The notes under the pieces: model-generated
Database searches by the model: none
What the model was told of the DNA's origin: nothing
Seen by the model: only the letters and a program-made list of their open reading frames with translations
Shown: one piece after another, positions 50,045 through 59,745 of the stretch
Position numbering within the stretch: the first letter of the stretch is position 1
Layout: each line of letters starts with the position of its first letter
From: Spirochaetia bacterium
GTDB lineage: Bacteria > Spirochaetota > Spirochaetia > UBA9216
Reading direction: 5' to 3'
Assembly (NCBI GenBank): GCA_963677925.2
Contig: CAXXYH010000003.1
Location: 1,440,001 to 1,504,000, forward strand
Length of the DNA: 64,000 nucleotides
Translations under genes and position numbers: made by a program

Positions 50045-51067
50045 TTATTTTTTAAACCTGTCTCTGGATAGATATTCGTCAACATTGCTGCTGTCTACGA
50101 TTGTCAGGGGAATAGCCATTTCTGTAGGAACTGAGTACCCTTTAAGCTTTGTCCAGCAGGCCTGAACAGCAAGATAAATCTGACTGTATTCAAGCTGATC
50201 ACCGGTTGCTACAACCTCTCCGCTTTTAATTGCCTGAAGAATATCTACATCAACATCAAAGCCGACCATCTTAATTCCGCTTCTGCCTGCTTCCTTGATC
50301 GCCTCATTTGCACCAAGAAGCATTTCCTTATCTGCTGATCCGATTCCGTCAATTTCAGGAAAACGCTGAAGAAGATTCTCCATTACAGCCATACCTTCCG
50401 CTCTGTTAAAATTTGCAGTCTGGGAGGCTATTACTTCAATACCGGGATATTCAGCAAGGGCATCGTTATATCCGGCGATCCTTTCAGTAGATGTGCTTGA
50501 ACCGGGAATACCTTCAAGAAGTACAACCTTTCCTTTTCCATTCATTGAATCGGCCAGCTTCACACCTAGTCTGTAACCGACATCATAATTCTCAACACCT
50601 GTCCAGGTAAGAACATCACCTCCGAAAGCCTTTGTATTCGGTGTTGCAACCAGAATACCGGCTTTGTTAGCCTTTTCAATTCCGGGAATAATTGCATTGG
50701 AATCAGACGGCGCAATAATAATGGCATCTACACCCTGAGCAATTGCATTCTCCATCAGGCGGATCTGCTCTTCAGTACTGAAGGGAGTCTCAGGACCCAG
50801 CGCATCCATCTTGATATTCATATCCGCAGCAGCTGTATTTGCGCCGTCTATCATCCTGAGCATAAACGGACTCTGCATAGTTTTAACGATGAACACCATG
50901 TGATATTGTTCTGCTGCAGTATCCGCAGCCTCATTAACTGCAGAGGGCTCCTCGCCTGCTGAACAACCGGTCATAAATACAGCCAGCATCAGCATAAGTA
51001 TAGCGGTCAGCACCAGTGTACCCGCAGTTCCGGCTCTCCTGTTTTTTCGATCTTTTCCTAGCCTCAT
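50045..51067 (-). CDS. Sugar ABC substrate-binding lipoprotein (RbsB-like)
   Basis: Lipobox MTGC; GVDAIIIAP, ERIAG, ANFNR, VGFD. Confidence 0.9.
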   Translation of the reverse strand: MRLGKDRKNRRAGTAGTLVLTAILMLMLAVFMTGCSAGEEPSAVNEAADTAAEQYHMVFIVKTMQSPFMLRMIDGANTAAADMNIKMDALGPETPFSTEEQIRLMENAIAQGVDAIIIAPSDSNAIIPGIEKANKAGILVATPNTKAFGGDVLTWTGVENYDVGYRLGVKLADSMNGKGKVVLLEGIPGSSTSTERIAGYNDALAEYPGIEVIASQTANFNRAEGMAVMENLLQRFPEIDGIGSADKEMLLGANEAIKEAGRSGIKMVGFDVDVDILQAIKSGEVVATGDQLEYSQIYLAVQACWTKLKGYSVPTEMAIPLTIVDSSNVDEYLSRDRFKK

Positions 51068-51128
51068 AAATTTTCCTCCTAAATATAGTTCTCAGACAAA
51101 ATATGTCTGCTGAAAACTGTTGTAATAA

Positions 51129-52085
51129 TCAGCAGCTGATTAAATCCTTTTTCTTTTCAATTATCTGGTTCATAAAAACCGCAATGACAATTATCAGTCC
51201 CAGATAAAGTGACTGCAGATCTGATGAAACCTGCAGAAAGTTCATTCCATTTTTAATTGTAGATATAATCACAGCCCCGACGATGGTCCCGAAAACTCCG
51301 CCCTTTCCGCCCCTGATGGATGTTCCGCCGATAAGAGCAACAGCTATTGAATTCAATGCATAATCCGACCCGCTTCCAGGTTCAGCGGCATTCAATCTGG
51401 CAAGGTACAGAATCCCGGTAAAAGCGCAGACAAGACTTCCAATCATATAGGCCGATATTACCGTTCTGTTTGATTTTATACCTGAGAATTCAGCAGCCTT
51501 CATATTGGAACCAACAAAAAATATCTTTCTGCCCCAGGTGGTCTTTGACAGCATGAAGTACAAACACAGGCCTATCAGGATGGCAAAAATGATTGTTGTG
51601 GGAATTCCAAGTATGGAACCTTTACCGATAAACCTGAAATCTGACGGGAAATCATAAATAATCATGTTACCCATAAGAAGCCAGGCAACTCCGCGGTATA
51701 TGTAATTGGTTGCGAAGGTAGCAATAAAAGGAGGAACCTTTAATTTGGTAACAATAAGTCCGGTTACAAGCCCCAGAGTCATACCGGTTATAAGTATGAG
51801 CAGAATCGGAATAATGAACGGAATATCAATTTTAAAAAGCGGTGCATAGATTACTGTCGAAAGGGCAATCATTGAACCGATTGATAAATCAATATTTCCT
51901 GAAAGCAGAATTATAGTCTGCCCCATTCCAAGCAATGCAAGCAGTGATGCCTGTCTCATTATTATTAAAAGGTTTGATGCAGTTAAATAATTATCATTCA
52001 GAACAGCAAACACGGCTATCAGAAGTACTGCAATCAACACCAGTGAGTAATTCAGAATTATATCTCTAACTTTTACGCTGAACAC
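51129..52085 (-). CDS. Sugar ABC permease (RbsC-like)
   Basis: IDLSIGS, PPFIAT, IGGTSIRGGKG. Confidence 0.9.
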   Translation of the reverse strand: MFSVKVRDIILNYSLVLIAVLLIAVFAVLNDNYLTASNLLIIMRQASLLALLGMGQTIILLSGNIDLSIGSMIALSTVIYAPLFKIDIPFIIPILLILITGMTLGLVTGLIVTKLKVPPFIATFATNYIYRGVAWLLMGNMIIYDFPSDFRFIGKGSILGIPTTIIFAILIGLCLYFMLSKTTWGRKIFFVGSNMKAAEFSGIKSNRTVISAYMIGSLVCAFTGILYLARLNAAEPGSGSDYALNSIAVALIGGTSIRGGKGGVFGTIVGAVIISTIKNGMNFLQVSSDLQSLYLGLIIVIAVFMNQIIEKKKDLISC

Positions 52086-52100
52086 TTTTCAAGACCTCCA

Positions 52101-53069
52101 TTACGCAGTCAGGCTGACTCTAACAGCCCTTCTGACAACTATTTCATTAATCAACATGCCGAAGATTAGAATCAGACCGACAATTACCATCTGCCAGTGG
52201 GTCAGCAGCCCCATGAGAGAAAAACCGTTTCTAATCATTGTAAGCGTAACAACGCCCAGGACGCCGCCGAGGAGACTGCCCTTTCCGCTGCGCAGTATAT
52301 TCCCTCCGATTATTGCCGAAACTACCGCATAGAATTCATATCCGCTTCCAACTATGGGGTCAGCACATCCAAGTCTTGAGTTCATGAGAATACCTGCAAT
52401 ACCGGCAAGCAGTCCGGAGAGTGAATAGATGATCAGTTTCCATTTGACAGTATTAATTCCGGCAAATCTCAGAACTTCTTCATTACCGCCAATCGCATAT
52501 ACATAGACACCAAGTATGGTTTTCTTGAATATGAAAATTACAACTATAACTATAAGAATGCTCAGAATAATAAAGACCGGTATACCGAGAAGCTTTTCAT
52601 TTCCTATAAAATTGAGTACAAACTCTTTTTCCCAGTAAACAGTTTTACGTTCGGATAAAGTATTTGAAAAACCTGCAGCAATGTTCATCATGGCCAGGGT
52701 TGCTATAAACGGCGGAAGCCCCATTTTTGTAATCATCAATCCGTTCGCAAAGCCGCACACGACCCCAGTCAGTACACCGCCTATAATTGACAGGCCAACC
52801 GGCACATTCATGCTCATAAGAACTCCGCATATGACACCTGACAGAGTCAGGACATTTCCTACCGACAGATCCATGCCGCCGCTGATAATTACAATAGTCA
52901 CACCAAGGGTAATTGTACAAAGAATGGAACTTTGTATCAGAATATTGGTCCAGTTGTAGACTGACAGAAACTGGCTATTAGCGATACTGAAGAGAATAAA
53001 TCCAGCTACAAATATATATAAAGTACTTGGGATATTAATCCATTCTATATTAATTTTCCTGTTCAACAT
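52101..53069 (-). CDS. Sugar ABC permease (RbsC-like), second subunit
   Basis: Start probably ATG 53069; MDLSVG, PPFIATL, YAIGGNE. Confidence 0.88.
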   Translation of the reverse strand: MLNRKINIEWINIPSTLYIFVAGFILFSIANSQFLSVYNWTNILIQSSILCTITLGVTIVIISGGMDLSVGNVLTLSGVICGVLMSMNVPVGLSIIGGVLTGVVCGFANGLMITKMGLPPFIATLAMMNIAAGFSNTLSERKTVYWEKEFVLNFIGNEKLLGIPVFIILSILIVIVVIFIFKKTILGVYVYAIGGNEEVLRFAGINTVKWKLIIYSLSGLLAGIAGILMNSRLGCADPIVGSGYEFYAVVSAIIGGNILRSGKGSLLGGVLGVVTLTMIRNGFSLMGLLTHWQMVIVGLILIFGMLINEIVVRRAVRVSLTA

Positions 53070-54570
53070 TCCTGTCCTTTCCTGTCTGCTTAAAAGCATA
53101 TTTAAGAATTTCCGCCTGACTTGTTTCACTCGACTTAAATTCACCGACAATATTTCCTGATGCCATAACATAAACACGTTCACTCATCCCGAGGATTTCA
53201 GGCAGATCCGATGAAATCATAAGAATTGCAGCGCCATTTGCAGCCAGCTCATCCATCAGTTTGTAAATCTCTGTCTTGGCGCCTACATCAATTCCTCTGG
53301 TAGGCTCGTCAAATATAAAGAGCTTCGCCCCTGTCGACAGCCATTTTGAAACTACAACCTTCTGCTGGGTTCCGCCGCTCAGCTGCCGTGCTTTCTTTTC
53401 AATAGAAGAAGTGGCAATCTTAAGACTGTCTACGTATTTCTGAACGAGCGACTTTTCCTTTTTTCCAGCGATGTATAAATTCGGGAAGTATTTTTTCATA
53501 GATGCAATCAGGACATTTTCCTTAATGCTCAAATCAAGCGAGAGCCCGAAGTTTTTCCTGTCTTCAGGCAGCAGACTCATACCTAATTCGACGTTTAGCT
53601 GAGGATTGTTTTTTGCTATCTTTTTACCGCACAGCAGAACTTCACCGCTCTCATAATCATCAACCCCGAATACGGCACAGGCAAGTTCTGTTCGGCCGGC
53701 ACCTACCAGTCCTGATAAACCTACTATTTCGCCCGATTTAACGTTCAGATTCACATTACTGAATTTTTTACCGGTAAGATCTTTAACTTCAAGAACAACA
53801 TCGCCGGGGCTCCCGATGTAGCGTGGATAAAGATTATTAATATTCCGGTTTGCTATCTTTTCAATCATTTCATTCATAGAAATTTCACTGACCGGTTTCG
53901 TATCAATAACATTCCCGTCCCGGAGAATTGTTACCCTGTCGCCTATTTCAAAATTTTCTTCAAGACGATGTGAAATATAGAAAATACTCACATCCTTCTC
54001 TTTCAGAAACCTTATCAGTCTGAAGAGTTCTTCAATCTCTTTGTTTGTAAGAGAACTTGTGGGTTCGTCAAATACAATAACCTTGGCATCGACCGACAGG
54101 GCCTTCGCTATTTCAATCATCTGCTGCTGACCTACACCAAGATCCTTTATTTTTTTCTTAGGATCAATTTTTACATTGAGCCGATCCAGAAGGGCCCTGG
54201 CCTCAGCCTCCATAATTGCGGAATCAAGCATTACAGGAAAACCTTTCTTGCTCTTCTCATGTCCCAGGTAAATATTATTCATTACCGACAATTCCGATAT
54301 CAGATTGAATTCCTGATATATCATTCTTATTCCGCAGGATTCTGCGGCTCCGGGATTGTCAAAACTTTTCTTTTCTCCCGAGATTATAATTTCGCCTTTT
54401 TCAGGCTTATAAACTCCGGCAAGTATTTTCATCAGTGTTGATTTACCTGCACCATTTTCGCCTGCAAGGATATGGACTTCGCCGGGATAGATATCAAGTG
54501 ATACATTATTTAAAGCCACTACTCCCGGAAAACTTTTACATATGTTTTTTAATTCCAGAGTCGGAATCAT
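53050..54570 (-). CDS. Sugar ABC ATPase (RbsA-like)
   Basis: GENGAGKST, FDEPT, LSGGTQQK, DEPTRGIDVGAK. Confidence 0.92.
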   Translation of the reverse strand: MIPTLELKNICKSFPGVVALNNVSLDIYPGEVHILAGENGAGKSTLMKILAGVYKPEKGEIIISGEKKSFDNPGAAESCGIRMIYQEFNLISELSVMNNIYLGHEKSKKGFPVMLDSAIMEAEARALLDRLNVKIDPKKKIKDLGVGQQQMIEIAKALSVDAKVIVFDEPTSSLTNKEIEELFRLIRFLKEKDVSIFYISHRLEENFEIGDRVTILRDGNVIDTKPVSEISMNEMIEKIANRNINNLYPRYIGSPGDVVLEVKDLTGKKFSNVNLNVKSGEIVGLSGLVGAGRTELACAVFGVDDYESGEVLLCGKKIAKNNPQLNVELGMSLLPEDRKNFGLSLDLSIKENVLIASMKKYFPNLYIAGKKEKSLVQKYVDSLKIATSSIEKKARQLSGGTQQKVVVSKWLSTGAKLFIFDEPTRGIDVGAKTEIYKLMDELAANGAAILMISSDLPEILGMSERVYVMASGNIVGEFKSSETSQAEILKYAFKQTGKDRNVEQEN

Positions 54571-54611
54571 AGATTGTTTCCTCCATTGAGTCAGATAAAG
54601 AAAATTACTTA

Positions 54612-55298
54612 TTATTCAAGTTTGTCTATTACTAAACTAAGATGTCTGCTCATGCAGCTGCTTGCTGTTTCTGAATCTCTGTTCTTGATTGCATCAAGTA
54701 TTTCAAGATGAAATTTGAATCCAAGGTTATTTCCATGACTGTTCATATTCTCCTGAAGCTGGGCAGAAAGTATTGCTTTGATGATATTCATAGTCTGTGA
54801 GAACATGGGATTTTTTGAAGCTTTGGATATTGCCACATGGAAATCGATGTCAAACTCTGCATAGCTTTCAATATCATCTTTATTTTTTATCAGTTCATCT
54901 ACAATATGCTGAAGCTCGGCTATATTCTCTTCAGTAGCATTTTTTGCTGCAAGCCATGTGGCTTCAACTTCAATCCCCTTTCTGAATTCCATAATTGTGC
55001 GATATTCATGCTTACCGAAGAAAACAACAGGGACAAGAGAATTCAGATAAAGAGAAGGTTCAAGCTTTTTAACAAAAGTACCTTCACCATGCTTCGTTTC
55101 AAGAAGTCCTAAGGCATTCAGTTTGTTAAGGGCAGCCCGTACGGTATGCCTGCTGACACCGAGATTTGTGCATAATTCATTCTCAGATGGAATTTTTGAA
55201 CCGGGCTCCCAGACATTATTGATAATTTTTTCCATCATCTGCTTATATACTTCATTACCTACATTCTGTTTTTCAATTTTCTCAAAACGGCTTCCCAA
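54612..55298 (-). CDS. GntR/FadR family regulator
   Basis: IPSENEL..LGVSRHTVR wHTH plus FCD; start probably TTG 55298, since the longer ORF would run through the promoter. Confidence 0.88.
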   Translation of the reverse strand: MGSRFEKIEKQNVGNEVYKQMMEKIINNVWEPGSKIPSENELCTNLGVSRHTVRAALNKLNALGLLETKHGEGTFVKKLEPSLYLNSLVPVVFFGKHEYRTIMEFRKGIEVEATWLAAKNATEENIAELQHIVDELIKNKDDIESYAEFDIDFHVAISKASKNPMFSQTMNIIKAILSAQLQENMNSHGNNLGFKFHLEILDAIKNRDSETASSCMSRHLSLVIDKLE

Positions 55299-55326
55299 AA
55301 CATGTCCCTTTAAATTTTTCTGCTTG

Positions 55327-55388
55327 TGTGTTGTCAGTTGTTCAACAACTGACAACACAACTATACTATTACTTAATTCAGCTGTCAA
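55327..55388 (-). promoter_or_regulatory. sigma70 promoter followed by a 33-bp perfect palindromic operator
   Basis: Minus strand TTGACA(55388-55383)-17-TATAGT(55365-55360); palindrome TGTGTTGTCAGTTGTT-C-AACAACTGACAACACA at 55327-55359. Confidence 0.8.
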
Positions 55389-55461
55389 CAAATTTAATTA
55401 CGGATTTATAAATCCTGTAAATTAAGATAAACTGCTACTTATTGCCCTTAAGGATAAATAG

Positions 55462-57387
55462 ATGAATAAGATAGTCATATTTTCAACGACCCCGGGGATG
55501 TCACAAAGTTGTGAATATGTATTGAAGAAGCTGCAGATATCCGGAATACCGGTTTATGAATTAACGACTCACACAGCTCTTGAAAAAGCCAGAGAATGCC
55601 AGAAAAACGGTACCAAAGTTCTTGTATGCCGGGGAGGAACTGCGGCACTGCTTAGAGAAAATCTTGATATGCCGATCATAGATATCAGGCACAGTTTTTT
55701 GAGCTTTTTCCTTGCTGTAAGAAAGACCAGCACAAGTTACAACAAAGTGGCCGCGATAGGTTTTTCACAATTTTGCAATATTGCCAAAAAATTTAATTCC
55801 ATTATGAATGAATCGCTAATGGTATTTCAGGTTGACAATGCAGGAGAGTTTAAAGCTGCTTTTTCAAAAGCCAGGGAAATCGGAGCGGAAGCATTTATCG
55901 GGGGGTTTCAGCTGAGGGCAATCTGTATCAAGAATAACATGCCCTTCTATTCAATTTATCCCGATGAATCGGAAGTTGAGCTGGCAATAGACGAGGCGCT
56001 ATACAGTCTTTATGTCGAAGAGGAAAGAGAAAAGCAGTACAGTTTAATTTCAACAATACTGGACAGTACCTCCGAAGGCATTATTGGTATTGATAACTCG
56101 GGAAAAATACTTAATATCAACAAAATAGCGAAAGCACTGCTGCAGCGTGAGGCTGAAGATGAGAAAACTTATATAGATACTTTGATAAATACAAGCAATA
56201 TACAAAAAACCATTCAGTCAGGAGAACCGGTTTATGATGAGCTTATTACAATCAACAGGCTCTCACTGGTATACAGCTGTCTGCCCATAGTCATAAATAA
56301 TCAGATCAACGGAGCCGTTATCTCGATACAGGAAGAGACTAATATCCAGATAATTGATTCCAAGATCAGAAAAAAGCAGATCGGCAGAGGTCATTACGCA
56401 AAAATAAACTTCTCAAATATAATCGGAGAATCAAAAACAATCCATAAAACCATCGATACAGCCAGGCTGTACGCTAAAACCGAAAGTACAATTCTTCTAA
56501 CAGGCGAAACAGGCACTGGAAAAGAAATGTTTGCCCAGAGCATACACAATGACAGTATAAGAAAGCTTAAACCCTTTATCGCAATCAACTGCGCCGCTCT
56601 CCCAAAAAGTATTCTTGAAAGTGAATTATTCGGATACGCTGAAGGAGCTTTTACCGGAGCTAAAACAGGCGGAAAAGCAGGAGTTTTCGAACAGGCTCAC
56701 AAGGGTACAGTTTTTCTGGATGAAATAACCGAAATCCCGCCGGATGTACAGGCAAAACTGCTTAGAGTTCTTCAGGAAAAAGAGATAACACGAATAGGTG
56801 ACAACAGAATAATCCCTATTGATATAAGAATTATAGCAGCCTGCAATAAAGATCTGTATAAAGAAGTAAAAAACAACAATTTCAGAGAGGATTTATATTA
56901 CAGGATTTGTGTACTCGAGCTGAAGATCCCCCCCTTAAGGGAACGAAAAGAAGACATTCCGGCCCTGTTCAGCCATTATCTTCAAAACTACAATTTTCTC
57001 ACAGAGAAAGCTGAAAAATACATCTCTAACTATTCATGGCCCGGAAACGTACGGCAGCTGAAGAATGTTACCGAAAGAGCAAATGTACTTAATAATAAAA
57101 ATCAGATTGATGAAAAACTTATTTCTGAATTAATTTCTTCAAGAGAAGATATTATCGAACGGCCTCCAAAGTCGAACCAAGGCTCAGACAGCTTTCAAAC
57201 AGACTTTCTAAAATCAATTGCAGCTGCAACGCCTCACACTGAAGGCCTGCTCAAAACGATGGAAAAAAAGCTGATTCTTGAAGTTCTGCAGCAGACAAAG
57301 GGAAACAGGGAAATGGCGGCAGCAATACTTGGAATAAGCATTACGACTTTATGGAGAAAAGAAAAACTTTTTAATTCAGAAAGCTGA
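55462..57387 (+). CDS. PrpR-type sigma54-dependent transcriptional activator (second paralog)
   Basis: VCRGGTA, PAS-like region, GETGTGKE, GAFTGA, FLDEI, WPGNVRQL, HTH LGISITTLWRK. Confidence 0.93.
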   Translation: MNKIVIFSTTPGMSQSCEYVLKKLQISGIPVYELTTHTALEKARECQKNGTKVLVCRGGTAALLRENLDMPIIDIRHSFLSFFLAVRKTSTSYNKVAAIGFSQFCNIAKKFNSIMNESLMVFQVDNAGEFKAAFSKAREIGAEAFIGGFQLRAICIKNNMPFYSIYPDESEVELAIDEALYSLYVEEEREKQYSLISTILDSTSEGIIGIDNSGKILNINKIAKALLQREAEDEKTYIDTLINTSNIQKTIQSGEPVYDELITINRLSLVYSCLPIVINNQINGAVISIQEETNIQIIDSKIRKKQIGRGHYAKINFSNIIGESKTIHKTIDTARLYAKTESTILLTGETGTGKEMFAQSIHNDSIRKLKPFIAINCAALPKSILESELFGYAEGAFTGAKTGGKAGVFEQAHKGTVFLDEITEIPPDVQAKLLRVLQEKEITRIGDNRIIPIDIRIIAACNKDLYKEVKNNNFREDLYYRICVLELKIPPLRERKEDIPALFSHYLQNYNFLTEKAEKYISNYSWPGNVRQLKNVTERANVLNNKNQIDEKLISELISSREDIIERPPKSNQGSDSFQTDFLKSIAAATPHTEGLLKTMEKKLILEVLQQTKGNREMAAAILGISITTLWRKEKLFNSES

Positions 57388-57399
57388 TATAACCTGAAT

Positions 57400-57424
57400 A
57401 AAAAAAGGCCGGATCATTCCGGCC
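57400..57424 (-). terminator. Intrinsic terminator of the kor-sucD operon
   Basis: GGCCGGA-4 nt-TCCGGCC followed by a U run on the minus strand. Confidence 0.7.
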
Positions 57425-57449
57425 CTGTATAATAAGATTACTTATCTTT

Positions 57450-58817
57450 TTAATTATTCCATAGAATATCCTCTGACGGTATTTCAGCATCCTTCATTAA
57501 ATATCCGATTCTTGAAACATTGATCAGATGAGTATATGTCAGGTTCTCGGAAATACTGTTATTTCCCCACGAGCCGCAGCCCAGAGTTGTTGTCGGAGAA
57601 AAACCGTTAAACCAGCTTCCGCCAGCGCTTGTTGACGACGGCTGATTAATTACAAACCTGCTTGCCTTCAGTCTCAGAGCGGCGGCTTCAATATGCTCTT
57701 CACTGTGGCTGTGCAGAGAAACGGAATGGCCGGCCCCCTCATATTCCAGATTTGCTTCAGCAATATCTACTGCTTCATCAAAATTTTTATATGTATATAT
57801 TGAAAGTACCGGACACATTTTTTCCTTGGAAAGAAAATCTTCTCTTCCCGCTCCGGCGGCTCTAAGCAGAATCACTCTGGTATCTTCAGGAATTTCAGAA
57901 CCTGCCAGCTCAGCCACCCTGGCTGTTGACTGCCCCACAAGATCAGGATTCATTTTCCCATTCGGGAAGAGAGCCTTCCGGAATGAGTCAACTTCCTGTT
58001 CATCAAAAACAACATATCCGCTGTTCTTTTTAAACTCTTCCATGACAGCATTAAGATCCTCTTCATGAACAATTACAGTCTGCTCTCCCGAACATATGAT
58101 TCCGTAATCAAAACTTCTGCCGCTGACAATCTTTGGTACCACTTCTCTAAAATCAACACCTCTGTCTATGATGCACTGCACATTTCCCGCACCTACACCA
58201 AGGGCCGGCTTTCCGCTGCTGTATGCAGCCTTGACCATACTCATTCCCCCGGTCGCCACGACAGTATCCGCGGCAGAGATCAGCTCCCGGGTATTTTCCC
58301 TGGACTGATGATCAATAATCTGTACAAGATTTTCAGGAGCACCAATCTTCTGCAGCTCTTCATTTATAAGTCTAACAGTTTCCTCGCTTGTTTTAAAGGA
58401 GCGATGATGGGGAGTGATAACCACTGCGTTTCCGCCTTTCAGAGCAAACATTGCATTACACATCGGTGTAACAACCGGGTTAGTACAGGGTGTAATTGCA
58501 GCAATTACTCCGATGGGTTTTGCGATTTCAGTAATTCCGGTTTGCGCATCCCTTTTGATTATTCCTCTTGATTTTTTTCCTTTGAGACTGTTCCAGATTA
58601 TACCGGCCTTTCCTCTGTTTTTTAGAATTTTATCAGGAACATTTCCCATTTCGGTTTCAGCTACTGCCATCCCGGCAAGATATTCGGCATTGTCGTATAC
58701 CACTTTTGCAATCAGTCTTACTGCCTCATCCACCTGCTCCTGTGACCAGGCCTCAAATTCCTTCTGAGCCTTTCTCGCTCTGTCCATATAACCGGCAATA
58801 TATTCAACTGTGTTCAT
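57450..58817 (-). CDS. CoA-acylating aldehyde dehydrogenase (succinate-semialdehyde dehydrogenase, clostridial SucD-like)
   Basis: TPCTNPVVTPMCNAM, ATGG..VKAAYSSG, IICSGEQ, EKMCPVL, PTTTLGCGSWGNNSISENL; resembles the C. kluyveri SucD type from memory. Confidence 0.85.
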   Translation of the reverse strand: MNTVEYIAGYMDRARKAQKEFEAWSQEQVDEAVRLIAKVVYDNAEYLAGMAVAETEMGNVPDKILKNRGKAGIIWNSLKGKKSRGIIKRDAQTGITEIAKPIGVIAAITPCTNPVVTPMCNAMFALKGGNAVVITPHHRSFKTSEETVRLINEELQKIGAPENLVQIIDHQSRENTRELISAADTVVATGGMSMVKAAYSSGKPALGVGAGNVQCIIDRGVDFREVVPKIVSGRSFDYGIICSGEQTVIVHEEDLNAVMEEFKKNSGYVVFDEQEVDSFRKALFPNGKMNPDLVGQSTARVAELAGSEIPEDTRVILLRAAGAGREDFLSKEKMCPVLSIYTYKNFDEAVDIAEANLEYEGAGHSVSLHSHSEEHIEAAALRLKASRFVINQPSSTSAGGSWFNGFSPTTTLGCGSWGNNSISENLTYTHLINVSRIGYLMKDAEIPSEDILWNN

Positions 58818-58884
58818 ACAATCGCTCCTGTATAAAAATCTCTTAATACTAAATTCAAATTCTCAATATTGTTCTGTTACAAAA

Positions 58885-59745
58885 TCAGCGGAACCTGTTC
58901 ATGATATGCCTGACGGAAACATCCAGCCCTTCGCCCTTCTGCCTTTCAAGAGCCCGTTCCTGAACCTCAACAAGCCGCTCTTCCAAAGTCGGTTTTCTAA
59001 CCTGATAAAATATTCCAGTATAAAGCTTATCCTTCGAAAAAGCATAGGGCATGGCGGTCATTACATCCTGAACAGGAAATCCTTCCGGAAGACTGCAGGT
59101 CTTTTCTTTAAGTTTCTTCCACTCAAGAGAGGGGTGAGTCACACAGGGCGAATGAACATAAATAATCGAAAACCCCGGGTGCTTTATCCCCTCTGTAATC
59201 AGATGTGTAAGCTGCTTAATATCAAAACTGTGACCGCGCGCAATAAATGATGCGCCGTATGTAAGGAAAACCGGTATTGGATTCAGCTCTTCCTCCGTCA
59301 CTCCATAAGGAGAGGTCTTCCCCTGATAACCGACGGGAGTAGTTGGTGAGGTTTGACCCTTGGTGAGTCCGTAAATATGATTATCCAAAAGAAGATAGGT
59401 AATGTTTGCATTCCTTCTTGCAGTATGACTTATATGGCCTCCGCCGATCGACAGTCCGTCTCCATCACCGCCTACCGCAAGCACAGTCATTTCCGGACTG
59501 GCAGCTTTGGCTCCGCATGCTGTAGGCAGGGCCCTGCCGTGAGTACCGTGAAGACTGTAGGTATTAAGGTAATGTGAAAAACGTCCAGAACATCCTATTC
59601 CCGATATCACCATGATTTCTTCGGGCAAAAGCTGCAGCTCAACAAGAGACTTTTTAAGGGCCGTAAGAACGCCGTAATCACCGCAGCCCGGACACCATAC
59701 AGGCTTTACCCCTTCCCTGTTAAAAGAATTTACTGTGTTCATCAT
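58885..59745 (-). CDS. korB: 2-oxoacid:ferredoxin oxidoreductase beta subunit
   Basis: WCPGCG, SGIGCS, HGRA, GGDGD TPP motif, YGLTKGQTSPT. Confidence 0.9.
   Translation of the reverse strand: MMNTVNSFNREGVKPVWCPGCGDYGVLTALKKSLVELQLLPEEIMVISGIGCSGRFSHYLNTYSLHGTHGRALPTACGAKAASPEMTVLAVGGDGDGLSIGGGHISHTARRNANITYLLLDNHIYGLTKGQTSPTTPVGYQGKTSPYGVTEEELNPIPVFLTYGASFIARGHSFDIKQLTHLITEGIKHPGFSIIYVHSPCVTHPSLEWKKLKEKTCSLPEGFPVQDVMTAMPYAFSKDKLYTGIFYQVRKPTLEERLVEVQERALERQKGEGLDVSVRHIMNRFR

Noticed and set aside
55391-55461. sigma54 promoter for the second PrpR-like activator's target in the divergent region
   Set aside because: No GG-N10-GC with TGGCA context was found; the gntR operon has a sigma70 promoter, so the target probably lies outside the window.
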